From: Planctomycetota bacterium
GTDB taxonomy: Bacteria > Planctomycetota > GCA-002687715 > CAIWVZ01
Reading direction: 5' to 3'
Assembly: GCA_044222185.1 (NCBI GenBank)
Contig: JBGANV010000011.1
Location: forward strand, 113,611 to 177,610
Length of the DNA stretch: 64,000 nucleotides
Shown here: one piece after another, positions 51,306 to 61,075 of the stretch
Layout of the letters: the number at the start of each line of letters is the position of its first letter
Numbering within the stretch: the first letter of the stretch is position 1
Notes under the pieces: generated by a model
Databases searched by the model: none
Told to the model about the DNA's origin: nothing
What the model saw: the letters and a program-made list of their open reading frames with translations, nothing else
Position numbers and translations under genes: made by a program

Positions 51306-54300
51306 CTACTCAAACCGGATCTCGTGTGCCGCTGCCATGGCGCGGACCCCTAACGGGTAACCCGGGTCGAACGTCGTGAAGGACATCCAGATCGTCGTGC
51401 CGCGCAGCGTCGGCTCCCCCGGCACCACGAGCGAAGCCGTCGCCTCCCCCGTAGGGCTGAGCACGCCGCTGAAACCCACGAAGTTCGGCAGCGACTGAGA
51501 GATCGACAAGAACAGCAAGTCGTCGGGGGTCAGCGGAACCACGCGGGAATCGGTGCCCAGCGGGTCAAGGAGCGCCAGCGGGAAACCGGGACTGTTGGCG
51601 AACGCAACGGCGGCCAGGTACGGACGGTTCGGGTCCTGCGGCGACTTCAATGTCCACGATGTGACGGCGCCGAGCGGGGCAGTGAACGAACCAACAACCT
51701 CCGGCGTACTGAAGTCACGGAGTTGATAGGGGCTCGTCGTGTGTGCCACCGAGACGGATTGGATGGGCACGAGGTCCTGGGTTCCGTCGAAAAGTCGCAG
51801 GTCGGCGAGAACAAAGTTCCCGGCCATGCCTGCGGCCACGATATCGCTCGCCGGGAACTCGAGAGTGAACGCGTGGGGGCTGGCACTCGGAAGGAGCCCG
51901 TTGCGGCTCGTGGCCGCATACGAGACGTGCGCGCCGCCAGCTGCCCGGAGTTCCCCGGACAGCACAAAGGTTCCTGTGGCACCAACAATCACGGGCACCG
52001 TCAGCCGCAGCACGTCGAATACGCCGTTGTGATCAGTGTCCACGGCTGCCTCGGCGATCGGCCCGCCGAGCTGCGCCGAGTTCGGTGAAACTTGGAAGGC
52101 GCCGACTGTCACGCGCGACAAGTGTTGACCCGCAATCGCTGCCCTGATGCTGAACTGGTAGGTCCCCGGCAAGCTCGTACCGAGGAACTGATTCGCGTAC
52201 GTCCCATCGCCGACGGCACCGTCCCCGTGCTGGCCATCGTCGAACAATGTTAGGCCCGCAATCGTCGTATCGGGGCGCATGATCGTCGCGACAGTTGTCG
52301 CGCCTGGCAACCCCACGCCGCCATCCGAAAGAATGGCTGTGAGGTTCACTGTCGCTCCGGAGGCATAACTTGGAAGGCCGCCCGGGACAGTTAACGCGAT
52401 CGCGCTCTCGGATGTCGCGACCGTCGAATACTCGATCCCGGCAGCGGGAATTGCGCCGGACGCGCTCACCTGCGCCGTCCATGTCCCCGCCTGCGGCGTC
52501 GAAATCGTCCAGGTCTCAAGGGCTCCTGCGTCCAGATCCTGGATTTGATGCGTGACGCCTGGCGAACTTGGGGTGAGCAGCTGTCCGAGCGGCGTCGTTA
52601 GGGTGATATGAGTCCCGCTCGACGCCGACAGCAGGATCACGCTGGTGGTGGTCGGACTGTCCAACATGAATGCGTGGTTCACGACAGGCACTGACGGCGT
52701 TAGCAAGCCCGCCCCCACCGGGACAAGTGGCGGCTCCGTGGACGTGCGTGGAGTGTCCGTCGCGGACGATGGCGTCAACGTGATGGGAGCTTCGTGCTCG
52801 AGTAGGCGTCGATAGTCGTTGTAGGGCGCGCCCGAGAGGATGTCGTGCAGCCCTGTGTGGATATTATCTGTAATCCACCTCGATCCTGGCAGAGCTGAGC
52901 CTCTCGCAGACGAGCTGCCCACAAACATATCGTTTTGTTCACCCCCAAATAGGGTCAACTGGAGTGCCAGAGCGGGAGCGCCGCTACTTTCACCGGCGAC
53001 GAATTCCCAGCGCACGCCGCTCGACCGCCGATAGGTGAGATTGAATGGGCCAAACGGTGCCAAGTACGCCTCAGAGAGGCCCAATCCACCGAAAGCCGCG
53101 AACAAGCCTGTCGCGAGCTGACCAGCGAAGCCAGAACTCAAGCCGGTGCGCACGATCCGCTCGACCCACGGAGATCCGTGATGCGGAGTCCCAAGCATCA
53201 TGACGGTGTCGATATCGTTCCTATAAATACCAGAGTCGCAGACGTACACCCGCGCCGTCAGTCCGCCCATGCTGTGCACGATCAGATTCTTCTTGGGAAG
53301 CTCCGCCAGGTGGTAGCCGAGGTCGACATCTACGTGATTCTGAATGAAACTGCGAAGGATAAGGCCATTGACGCCGTGATATGGGATGGGCGTCGTGTTG
53401 ACCACGTAGGTCGGATAGCCATGTTGCTGAAGGTACATCGCTAGGTGGCCGGGGTTCACCCAGATGGTCCCATTGCTGAGAACCCCGTGAACCATGATCA
53501 CCGGCTGACCAAACTTCAGATCCACGCCGCTCGTGACTTGATTCTGCACAACGGTGACGACCGTGGGTCCCGGCGTGTTTGGGTCCGTGTCGTGGGATGC
53601 GACTGCGGTTCCCGTGACCGCGCTCCCATAGTTTGCGACGGACGTGACCTGATGCGCCAGCCTTGCTCTTACGACATACGGTCCCGGCGGGAGGGCCTTA
53701 ATCAGGTACTTTCCATCGCTATCTGAGTAGTCGGACCCGCTGCTCGTGGGCGAGGGAGAACCGTTCGAGGTGACGGCATAGGCGCCAACTAATGCGCCAG
53801 CGACGGGAGTAGGTGCACCCAGCCCAGTTGCCATAGCGACACGTCCCGTTATTCCACTGGGACAAGCACACAGATTCACAACCCAAATCGAATCTCCCAG
53901 ACAGTTGGTGAGAAACGCGCCGTAGATTCCACCATCGGCTGGTGTCACATTCGGGATGGAATAGCTTGTGGGAGTCGAGGTAGAAGAAGCGATTGGAACG
54001 AAGTCAAACGCGCCAGGGCCGGTATACCTACGCCACTGATAGCTTTCAGTCCCCCATGTCATCGGAGGGGCCGGGAGGACGGCCATCTCACCACAAAGGA
54101 CGACGATCGGATCCGGCTGAGAATATAGGTCTGGCGGCCCCGTGGGGTAAAGAGGGTCGGGAGAATACGGTGACGTGTTGTAAACCCATGAATATGTGCA
54201 TTGCGCGATCGGAGCATTGCAGCCGCCACCTGATACAGCGCCGCTCACAAACTCATCGATTGCCCAAGGATCGCTCGGCGGAAAATCCGCTGTGCTGATG

Positions 54301-54620
54301 CCGATTGGGATCGAAACGACGAGTGGAGAGTCTAGCCCCCCACCTGTTCCGCCGGTCTGCACGAAGATGGCCTGCGTGAAGCTTGTGGCGACATTCCGCA
54401 GAGTCACTGAGATGGTGACGGTTTGATTCGTGCACGCAAACGGAGCAATCGAGAGCTCGAAGTCGAAGTGGTGGACGGTCGGAAAGCTGGCATTTGAGCA
54501 GAACCGCCAGTGTCCACGGACGTATTGGATGATGCTGCACCCATTCTGTCCCACCGCGGAGGCCGTCAGTATGAGAGATGCGACGAGCGTCAGAAAAGCC
54601 ATGTTATGCCGGCGCGACAT
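51306..54620 (-). CDS. Large secreted protein: Ig + carboxypeptidase-regulatory-like + lipase-like alpha/beta hydrolase + DDG-HGD domain + C-terminal module type E
   Basis: Signal peptide followed by PVIMVHG...HSMGG...LGTPHHGS...ND..V...H and LFDDGQHGDGAVGDGTY. Tail reads PNRPY..A...PG...VPL..DDL...GF.G.L...G.A. Confidence 0.88.
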   Translation of the reverse strand: MSRRHNMAFLTLVASLILTASAVGQNGCSIIQYVRGHWRFCSNASFPTVHHFDFELSIAPFACTNQTVTISVTLRNVATSFTQAIFVQTGGTGGGLDSPLVVSIPIGISTADFPPSDPWAIDEFVSGAVSGGGCNAPIAQCTYSWVYNTSPYSPDPLYPTGPPDLYSQPDPIVVLCGEMAVLPAPPMTWGTESYQWRRYTGPGAFDFVPIASSTSTPTSYSIPNVTPADGGIYGAFLTNCLGDSIWVVNLCACPSGITGRVAMATGLGAPTPVAGALVGAYAVTSNGSPSPTSSGSDYSDSDGKYLIKALPPGPYVVRARLAHQVTSVANYGSAVTGTAVASHDTDPNTPGPTVVTVVQNQVTSGVDLKFGQPVIMVHGVLSNGTIWVNPGHLAMYLQQHGYPTYVVNTTPIPYHGVNGLILRSFIQNHVDVDLGYHLAELPKKNLIVHSMGGLTARVYVCDSGIYRNDIDTVMMLGTPHHGSPWVERIVRTGLSSGFAGQLATGLFAAFGGLGLSEAYLAPFGPFNLTYRRSSGVRWEFVAGESSGAPALALQLTLFGGEQNDMFVGSSSARGSALPGSRWITDNIHTGLHDILSGAPYNDYRRLLEHEAPITLTPSSATDTPRTSTEPPLVPVGAGLLTPSVPVVNHAFMLDSPTTTSVILLSASSGTHITLTTPLGQLLTPSSPGVTHQIQDLDAGALETWTISTPQAGTWTAQVSASGAIPAAGIEYSTVATSESAIALTVPGGLPSYASGATVNLTAILSDGGVGLPGATTVATIMRPDTTIAGLTLFDDGQHGDGAVGDGTYANQFLGTSLPGTYQFSIRAAIAGQHLSRVTVGAFQVSPNSAQLGGPIAEAAVDTDHNGVFDVLRLTVPVIVGATGTFVLSGELRAAGGAHVSYAATSRNGLLPSASPHAFTLEFPASDIVAAGMAGNFVLADLRLFDGTQDLVPIQSVSVAHTTSPYQLRDFSTPEVVGSFTAPLGAVTSWTLKSPQDPNRPYLAAVAFANSPGFPLALLDPLGTDSRVVPLTPDDLLFLSISQSLPNFVGFSGVLSPTGEATASLVVPGEPTLRGTTIWMSFTTFDPGYPLGVRAMAAAHEIRFE

Positions 54621-55532
54621 GCGATTCTCCAAGCGGTCCTGCTGGTAAAGACACTGGAATTGGCGGGGCCAATCGCCGGAAGCATGTGGACACCTGATGG
54701 TAGGGATAGGTGGCGCCCGCTCGGGTGAAGGTGATGCGGCCGAACAGTTCCATGGTCGAGAGCATGCGCCGAGCACGGCTGCCGAAGCACGGGCCTGGGT
54801 CGCCGAGTCGTCGCGACCGCCTCATCAGCCTGACGCCATCCTCGGCCTCCGCGTCCCGGTTCCCTGAACCGACGCGGGCGAGCATCACCATGTCCTTCAT
54901 TCTCATGGCGGCTCCTCGACGCCTGCTTTGGCACGGCGCGCACCACATCAACATGACTTCACCTTGCGGCGGTTCCGGGGGTCGTCCTCAGGCACAGGCT
55001 TCTCGGAGACAGCGCGCGGAGCGCGGTCGAAAGCATGAGCACGGTCCGGCGGGAAAACCCACGCACGATGAGATCGAATCGAACCGTCATCCGAACACTC
55101 ACGCCGCGGAACCGGCGAGTTCGGCTCTTTCAACTTCCCCGGCTCAGGTTCACTCGCGCTGGGCGCTCGCTTCGTCCTCAACCTACACCCGCGGCCCCGT
55201 CGGCGCTACGGGCGGGATGCTGAAGTCGACCTTGAACGCAGCCACGGCCGAAGCGTTCCTTCCGCGACCCGAGCCACTACGACGCGCGGTCGCCCCGCCT
55301 TCTCCCGCCGCCGACCACGTACATGCCTCGGACCTTATGCCCGGCGCCGTCTCGGACCTGCCGTCGCGGGCCTGTATCGCCGTCGTTCTACACCCGCGGC
55401 CCCCGGCGGTGCTACGGGGCTGCGACGGATGCTCAGGCTTGTTGTCGGACGCACTCCACCAGAGAGCCTTAGCGGGCCGGGCGACCGCGTGGATCACCTC
55501 GGCGCGCGGGTTGGCGTCGTGTCCAGACTCCC

Positions 55533-56087
55533 GTGCGAGGATCGAAAAGCTTGAACCGACGGGAGTCGCGCGCCGCGGCCCTCCGTCAGATCGTTCGTCG
55601 GATACGGCTCGTCCCGCCATCGAGGAACCGCCGGTACGATGTCTGGGTGACTCCTCTGATTTACCTCGGCCGCATCGGCGATCTTCACGCCATCATCTGG
55701 GTCGCGGTGACGATCGCCGGATGGTCTGGTCTTGCCCGCCTGCTGTTTAGGGCACCCGAACCGTTCGGGCGACTTCAAACCTACGGCGTCGCGCTATCCG
55801 TGATCCTCTCGACCTTCGCCTTGGGATGGTCGATCCGAGCGTTCACGATCCTGCACGGGCATCCATTGGTTCAGTACAACGAACCGAATTCGGACGTCTG
55901 GCACTCCTGGACTCGAACGTGGCCCTATCTGTTCTTCGGCCTTCCAATCGGTGGTTTAGTCATGCTCGCGCTGAAGCGGATCGTGCCCTGCGCGAACACG
56001 GCCGGCATGAGACTCGCGGTTTGGCTCGCGCTAGTGCAGACGGTTGTTAGCTGGGTTTCCGTGTTTGCGAACTTCCCCTCGGCATGA
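55533..56087 (+). CDS. Integral membrane protein (about 4 TM)
   Basis: Four hydrophobic segments. Start is uncertain. Confidence 0.55.
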   Translation: MRGSKSLNRRESRAAALRQIVRRIRLVPPSRNRRYDVWVTPLIYLGRIGDLHAIIWVAVTIAGWSGLARLLFRAPEPFGRLQTYGVALSVILSTFALGWSIRAFTILHGHPLVQYNEPNSDVWHSWTRTWPYLFFGLPIGGLVMLALKRIVPCANTAGMRLAVWLALVQTVVSWVSVFANFPSA

Positions 56088-56846
56088 GGAGCGTGGCGAT
56101 CGACTGACGATCGAGCGCGGTCCGACGCGACGCGCACGCGATCGACACGTCCGATAGCGACGTCCTGGGTGAGCACCCGCAGCCCCCGGGCGGCGCCATT
56201 GAGGAGGTCGTTGTGCGCTGGCTGACTGCCAGCCGCTGCCCGGCTTCACCGTGGCCTCGACGGGCGCAGCGGCTGCGTGGCCGCCACCTTGGCTCCCGAC
56301 GGCCGGGGGCGCGGAAGAAGTGCTGGGAACGCGCTTCCTGAGTGTCGATGATGCGGGCGGCAGCAACGACGGCGCGGGCGGCTGAATCGGACAGGATCTG
56401 CCGCGGGAGTTCCGTAACGTGGCGGCATCGCGGTCCAGGGCTACGTCCGTCACCTTCACGTCGACGCAGGGCTTCCCGGCGACGTCCGTGCCCTCCGTCA
56501 ACGCGAGCACGACTTGGATGGAGCCGCCTCAGGGTCAGTCCGTCACAGCTGCTCAACCGGCGCCCCTCGACGCGGGCACGCCTGCGGCCACGATCAGCCT
56601 CAGCCTGCCAACGATCACGCGAACCGCCGTGACAAACGATCTGCTTGCTCCGACCGTTCTCCCGCCGGGCCGGCGGCTCCCGGCGGTTTCGTAAGACGGC
56701 TCCGCGTGACACAGGACGAACGTTCGGACCGCGGGAGTCGCCGAAGCACCCGTCACAACCATCCCCATCGGGCGCCGGCCCCAGCGCAGTTGACACCAAC
56801 CGACCGGGGACGAGCATGGCCTGAATTGAAAGGGGATCACGCGGTC

Positions 56847-57101
56847 ATGCCAGACGATGCTTCATTACATGTCAATGTGGGGGCTGTTGATTCCTTCAGC
56901 GGGAAGATGTCGTTTTCGGTTGTCGCGCGCCCGAACGGTGACGGTTACGTCCAAGTTTATTGTTCCGACCCGTCAAATTTCCGAAAGGCGGGAGTTCTGT
57001 TGACTCTCGATCAGGCCGCATTCGCGAGGCTGAAGGAACTCGTCGCGAAGTCTGACGAAACCGTCGAGTGGGGGTATCGTCTTCGAGCAGGAGTCGGCTG
57101 A
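56847..57101 (+). CDS. Small hypothetical protein
   Basis: AGGGG RBS and an 84-aa globular-looking sequence with lower GC. Confidence 0.5.
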   Translation: MPDDASLHVNVGAVDSFSGKMSFSVVARPNGDGYVQVYCSDPSNFRKAGVLLTLDQAAFARLKELVAKSDETVEWGYRLRAGVG

Positions 57102-57121
57102 TGTGAGCGGTGTCCCCCGGC

Positions 57122-58063
57122 CGGTGTAGGTTTCGGCCCCCGATCAGAGGACCAAGTCCATGAAGCATGCCGCCTTTCCCGAGACGCTCCTGGAGTTCGA
57201 GAATCGATTCCGCGACGAAGCGGCGTGCTGGGACTACCTGCGAGCGATGAAGTGGCCGCATGGATTCCGTTGTCCGAAGTGCGACGGCCGGCGTGCGTAC
57301 TTCGTCATTGAGCGCGGTCGCGATGAGTGCGCGAGCTGTGGCCACCAAACATCGGTCACGTCGGGAACGATGTTTCACGGCACGCGGACGCCGTTGCGAA
57401 CCTGGGCTCGCCTACGACACGGCGTGGACGTGGCTTCAGAAGATCCGTGACTCGTTTTTCCGGCCGGAGCGGGAATCGCTGAAAGGGAGGGTTGAGGGCG
57501 ACGAGACCTACGTCGGTGGGCCGGAACCGGGCAAAAGAGGACGAGCGCGCGGCGAGAAGACGATCCTCGTTGCCGGAGCCGTCGAGATGAAACCGAGGAA
57601 GGGCCTCGGGCGAACGAGGCTTGCGCCGGTTGACGACGCGAGCGGAAAGTCGCTCAAGCCATTCGTGGCAACGGTGGTGAAGGAGGGTTCCAGGGTTTGC
57701 ACGGACGCATGGCGCGGCTATTTGGGGTTGAAGATCGCGTACAAGCACAAGGTTGACGTGATCGGCGATCCCAAGCGCGCGTCGAAGCTCTTCCCGGGAG
57801 TCCATCGTGTGTTCTCACTTCTCCGGCGCCTAATCCTGGGCACCTATCACGGGTCTTGGAGCCGGAAGTGGGCTGCGCTCTACTGCGAAGAGTTCACGTT
57901 CCGCTTCAATCGGCGCACGGCATGCACACGGACTCACCTGTTTCGTCGCGCGCTGGAAGGTGCGCTCCGACGCGCGCCGAGAATCCATCTGCTGACCGGC
58001 GAAGCCCGCACGGCCAGCGTGGTTCCTGCATGAAGGCGATACCCCCATCCGGAAATTACACCG
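57122..58063 (+). mobile_element. IS1595-family element with an internally deleted, frameshifted transposase
   Basis: Zn-ribbon WPHGFRCPKC...CxxC..QTS.T.GT.F...RTPL..W, then in another frame YDTAW, EGDETYVGG, TDAW.GY and Y..EF.FRFNRR. Imperfect IRs CGGTGTAGGTTTCGG / CGGTGTAATTTCCGG match at 12/15. Confidence 0.85.
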
Positions 58064-58104
58064 CCATTTTTTCCGGAACCGACAGCGTCTGTACGATTCG
58101 CCCG

Positions 58105-58450
58105 ATGAATTCACCCGAGCCGAGTTCCGCGGGAGGCGCTATCCGCAACGTTCAGCCGTCGAACTCGAAAGCGGACCGCCGCGTAGTCTGGATCCCGATC
58201 GTTTCGTGCCTCACGTTGGGCGGACTCGGGCTCTACCCAGGCAGCGTGTTCTCCTCTTCGTGTTTCGCGCCACTCTTATTCGCCGGCCTCGGGCTGGTAG
58301 GCACGATCGTCTGGTTGCGTGCCCTGTGCGAAACGAGATTCCGCTTGCCGGTCGTGCTGATTCTCGCGGCCGCGGTGATCGGGACTGGCTTGGCAGCCGA
58401 CTACGACGACAAGGAGAAGCGCACCAATCGAGGGCTTCACGGAGGCCCCC
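58105..58450 (+). pseudogene. Membrane-protein ORF (3 TM), 3' end appears disrupted
   Basis: Three hydrophobic helices, then the frame runs into low-complexity sequence and an integrase remnant. Confidence 0.4.
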
Positions 58451-58540
58451 GGCGTACGCGATGTTCCCCCAAGCCGACCCTCTCGGCTTCAAGAACACCC
58501 GATGCGAACGGGACCCCGCACCCGTTGGCGGGCCCGCCAG

Positions 58541-58612
58541 GTCCTGATGCGGGCCGGTGTCCCGCTTACCGACACCCAGGCGCTACTCGGCCGCAGCGAT
58601 CCGAACCTGTAC
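58541..58612 (+). pseudogene. Tyrosine recombinase C-terminal remnant
   Basis: LMRAGVPLTDTQALLGRSDPNLY resembles the box II consensus L..G..l..vq.LLGH.....T..Y. Confidence 0.5.
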
Positions 58613-58626
58613 GCCGCACCTGCAGC

Positions 58627-60198
58627 TCAGATTGAAAGCCGGAATGCTGCGGTCAAGACGACAGGTGCGAAGCACCCCGGTTGGATAACTCCACCTTGGA
58701 TGTCGATTACGGGCCCCGGCGGCAACGCGGGGAGTGTGAACGACTGTGTCGCCGTTCCAGTTGCTCCCGTTGTGAAGAGTAGACTCAATGGCGCGAGCGT
58801 TCCGTCGAACAGTACGCCGAGGCCTGGGAGGGCGATGTCGAGTCGGCCGCTACACCCCATATCAATGCTGCATGGCGCCAATGCGCCAGTGACGATTACG
58901 AGCGCCGAACCTGGAGGGCCGGTCCAGGAGAAGGCAACCCGCCACGCATCCGGACCGCTCGTCGGGATCGTCACGAAGAATGGTCCAACTGGATACAGGC
59001 CAAGCGACGACGGGCCTCCGACACCGTTCACTACGAGCGAAGCGGTCGAGCTGTTTGGTTGCGGCGTCGTGCCCGAGCAGCCTGGGCTGACGTATGGAAT
59101 CTCGATAATGCCGAATCGCCCCCCAGTTGCTGTACAGACGCCTCCACCAGGGCACTGGACCGGCGCTCCCCCGCTGGGTGGTGAAGGGACATCGTTCCAC
59201 TTTCCATAGCTCGCGTTGGTTGGGCAACAGAGCTGGATCTCGGCAAAGTCCTCGCCAGGGACGACCGCTCCCGGGCATGGAGAATTGCTGGGCTCGCCTG
59301 GCATCCAATTCATGTACGCGGCGGGCTCGCCGCTGTCCCACACGAATGTTCCCGGGGTGCACGCGTCGCTGAGTCCGATCCATGCGTTCATGTTCTGAGC
59401 CGTCAACAATGGTCCGAAAGTGCCTACGACGAAAGTATTCTCGGCCGCGCTGTTGATTGCGACCAAGTGGCCGCCCAGAGTTGCGGCACTGGCTCGTGCT
59501 GTGTGGACGTCACATACTGTCGCCGTGATCGCGTAGAGGTGGCCATTATTGGGGTTCTTGTAAGACGGTACCTCGATAATCCCGAATCGCCCCCCCGTTG
59601 CTGTACAGACGCTTCCACCGGGACACTGGATCGGCGCTCCCGCGCTGGGTGGAGAAGGGACATCGTTCCATTTCCCATAGCTCAGGTTGGTTGGGCAACA
59701 GAGCTGGATCTCGGCGAAGTCTTCGCCCGGGAAGATCGCTCCCGGGCAAGAGGAATTGTTGGGCTCGCCTGACATCCAATTCATGTACGCAATGGGCTCG
59801 CCGCTATCCCACACGAATGTTCCCGGGGTGCACGCGTCGCTGAGTCCGATCCATGCGTTCATGTTATGTGCCGTCAGAAACGGTCCGAATGCGCTCACGA
59901 CGAAAGCATTCTCGGCCGCGCTGTTGATTGTGACCAGGTGGCCGCCCAAAGCCGCAGCCTGAGCACGTGCGGTATGCACATCACACGGCGCAGACGTCAA
60001 GGCATAGATGTGCCCGTTCGAGTTGACATACATCTGACCGACTGCGATCGACGAGATGAGCGCAACACCAGCGATGGCAACGGCGAGGCGCAGCGCTGCG
60101 CCCGGGTGCGAGACGGCGACCAGCGAACCGCGGCATCGTCGGCCGGGGCCTTTGCCATGTGAATTCGAACCCGGACCGGTCCGGTGAGCTCGCATCAT
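58627..60198 (-). CDS. Secreted protein with two tandem C-type lectin domains and C-terminal module type B
   Basis: Two copies of NGH.Y...A..LGGHLV.INS.AEN...WIGLSD...G.F.W.SGEP..Y.NW..GEP.N...WND. Tail reads QPNS.TASL.VNG...LTAAF. Start is uncertain. Confidence 0.9.
   Translation of the reverse strand: MMRAHRTGPGSNSHGKGPGRRCRGSLVAVSHPGAALRLAVAIAGVALISSIAVGQMYVNSNGHIYALTSAPCDVHTARAQAAALGGHLVTINSAAENAFVVSAFGPFLTAHNMNAWIGLSDACTPGTFVWDSGEPIAYMNWMSGEPNNSSCPGAIFPGEDFAEIQLCCPTNLSYGKWNDVPSPPSAGAPIQCPGGSVCTATGGRFGIIEVPSYKNPNNGHLYAITATVCDVHTARASAATLGGHLVAINSAAENTFVVGTFGPLLTAQNMNAWIGLSDACTPGTFVWDSGEPAAYMNWMPGEPSNSPCPGAVVPGEDFAEIQLCCPTNASYGKWNDVPSPPSGGAPVQCPGGGVCTATGGRFGIIEIPYVSPGCSGTTPQPNSSTASLVVNGVGGPSSLGLYPVGPFFVTIPTSGPDAWRVAFSWTGPPGSALVIVTGALAPCSIDMGCSGRLDIALPGLGVLFDGTLAPLSLLFTTGATGTATQSFTLPALPPGPVIDIQGGVIQPGCFAPVVLTAAFRLSI
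59096..60030 (-). repeat. Near-identical 471-bp intragenic tandem duplication (C-type lectin domains)
   Basis: CCGAATCGCCCCCC.GTTGCTGTACAGACG occurs at 59111 and 59582, and long identical tracts recur at the same 471-bp offset. Confidence 0.9.
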
Positions 60199-60538
60199 TC
60201 GACAGCTCCTTGTTGCAGGGGACAAGCGACCGCTCCAGCACGAGAGATCTGCCCGGGGCGATCGGAAATTTGAACATAGACGCGGCGGCGAACGCGGAAT
60301 CGTGCAGGCCAGTACACGAGAATCTGGGAAGAAAATCCCCGGAATCCGGCGAAGGACCGCTCCCGATGGATCGACGCGTTGCAGACGACCGAACGCGCGC
60401 AACGCAGGGAAGTAGGAACTCTCACACCAGAGCGATGCTGGAAATCACAGAGATTCACTCTCAGGCTTGCGGTCCCTGACGGACCAACGACCAGCGATCG
60501 GGCGGGGCTCCGTTCCATCGCTTATCATCGGCCCCGGA

Positions 60539-61075
60539 ATGGCCGTGAGCATCACCAACGATCTCGTCCGCCGAGCGGCCGCGCGCGACCGCGCGGCCAT
60601 GGACCAACTCTTCACCCGTCTCCACGCCGAAGTGAAGAAGATCGTCGTAAGTCTGGGACGCCGCCGCCCCTGGACCGTCGATGTAACTGATGTCGTCGAC
60701 CGCGTCTACGAGCGGCTTATCAAACAGCGGGATCCAAAATGGACCGATCGAACACACTTCCTGCGATTCGTGGTCCTGATCGCGCGTCGGGCGATCGCGG
60801 ACCTCAATCCTCGCAAAGTTGCCACGCTCGTCAGTAGCCAGGCCGTCGCCGACGGGAACGGGATCAGCTTCGCCGACCTCGACGAATGTATAAGGCGGTT
60901 GGAATTACGTGGCAAGTCGGGCCCGCGGATAGCCGAAGTCGTCCTACTGCGCTGTTTTACCGACCTTCAGTGGCCTGAGATTGCTGACGTCCTGCATGTG
61001 TCGGAGCGGACCGTCAAGGGGGACTGGTCCTTCGCTCAGGCCTTTCTCCGGGCAAAGCTCAGCCCGACCGAATGA
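60539..61075 (+). CDS. ECF sigma factor, divergent TIGR02999-like
   Basis: IT..L.R...D..A.DQL...WTDRTHF...A.VV.LR.F..L...EIA..L.VSERTV..DW.FA.A.L. ATGA coupling to the kinase. Confidence 0.85.
   Translation: MAVSITNDLVRRAAARDRAAMDQLFTRLHAEVKKIVVSLGRRRPWTVDVTDVVDRVYERLIKQRDPKWTDRTHFLRFVVLIARRAIADLNPRKVATLVSSQAVADGNGISFADLDECIRRLELRGKSGPRIAEVVLLRCFTDLQWPEIADVLHVSERTVKGDWSFAQAFLRAKLSPTE

Noticed and set aside
54700-55500. Possible serine recombinase or transposase remnant (ILARESG...)
   Set aside because: Only a hint of one motif, which is not supportable.
56090-56800. Fragments that look like a decayed gene (EGTDVAGKPCVDVKV, VEATVKPGSGW)
   Set aside because: No continuous frame or family could be assigned.
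59096-60030. C-type lectin duplication (and the FGE domain near 41550-42250) as a diversity-generating retroelement TR/VR
   Set aside because: No reverse transcriptase in the window, both copies lie in-frame within one gene, and the differences do not look adenine-specific.
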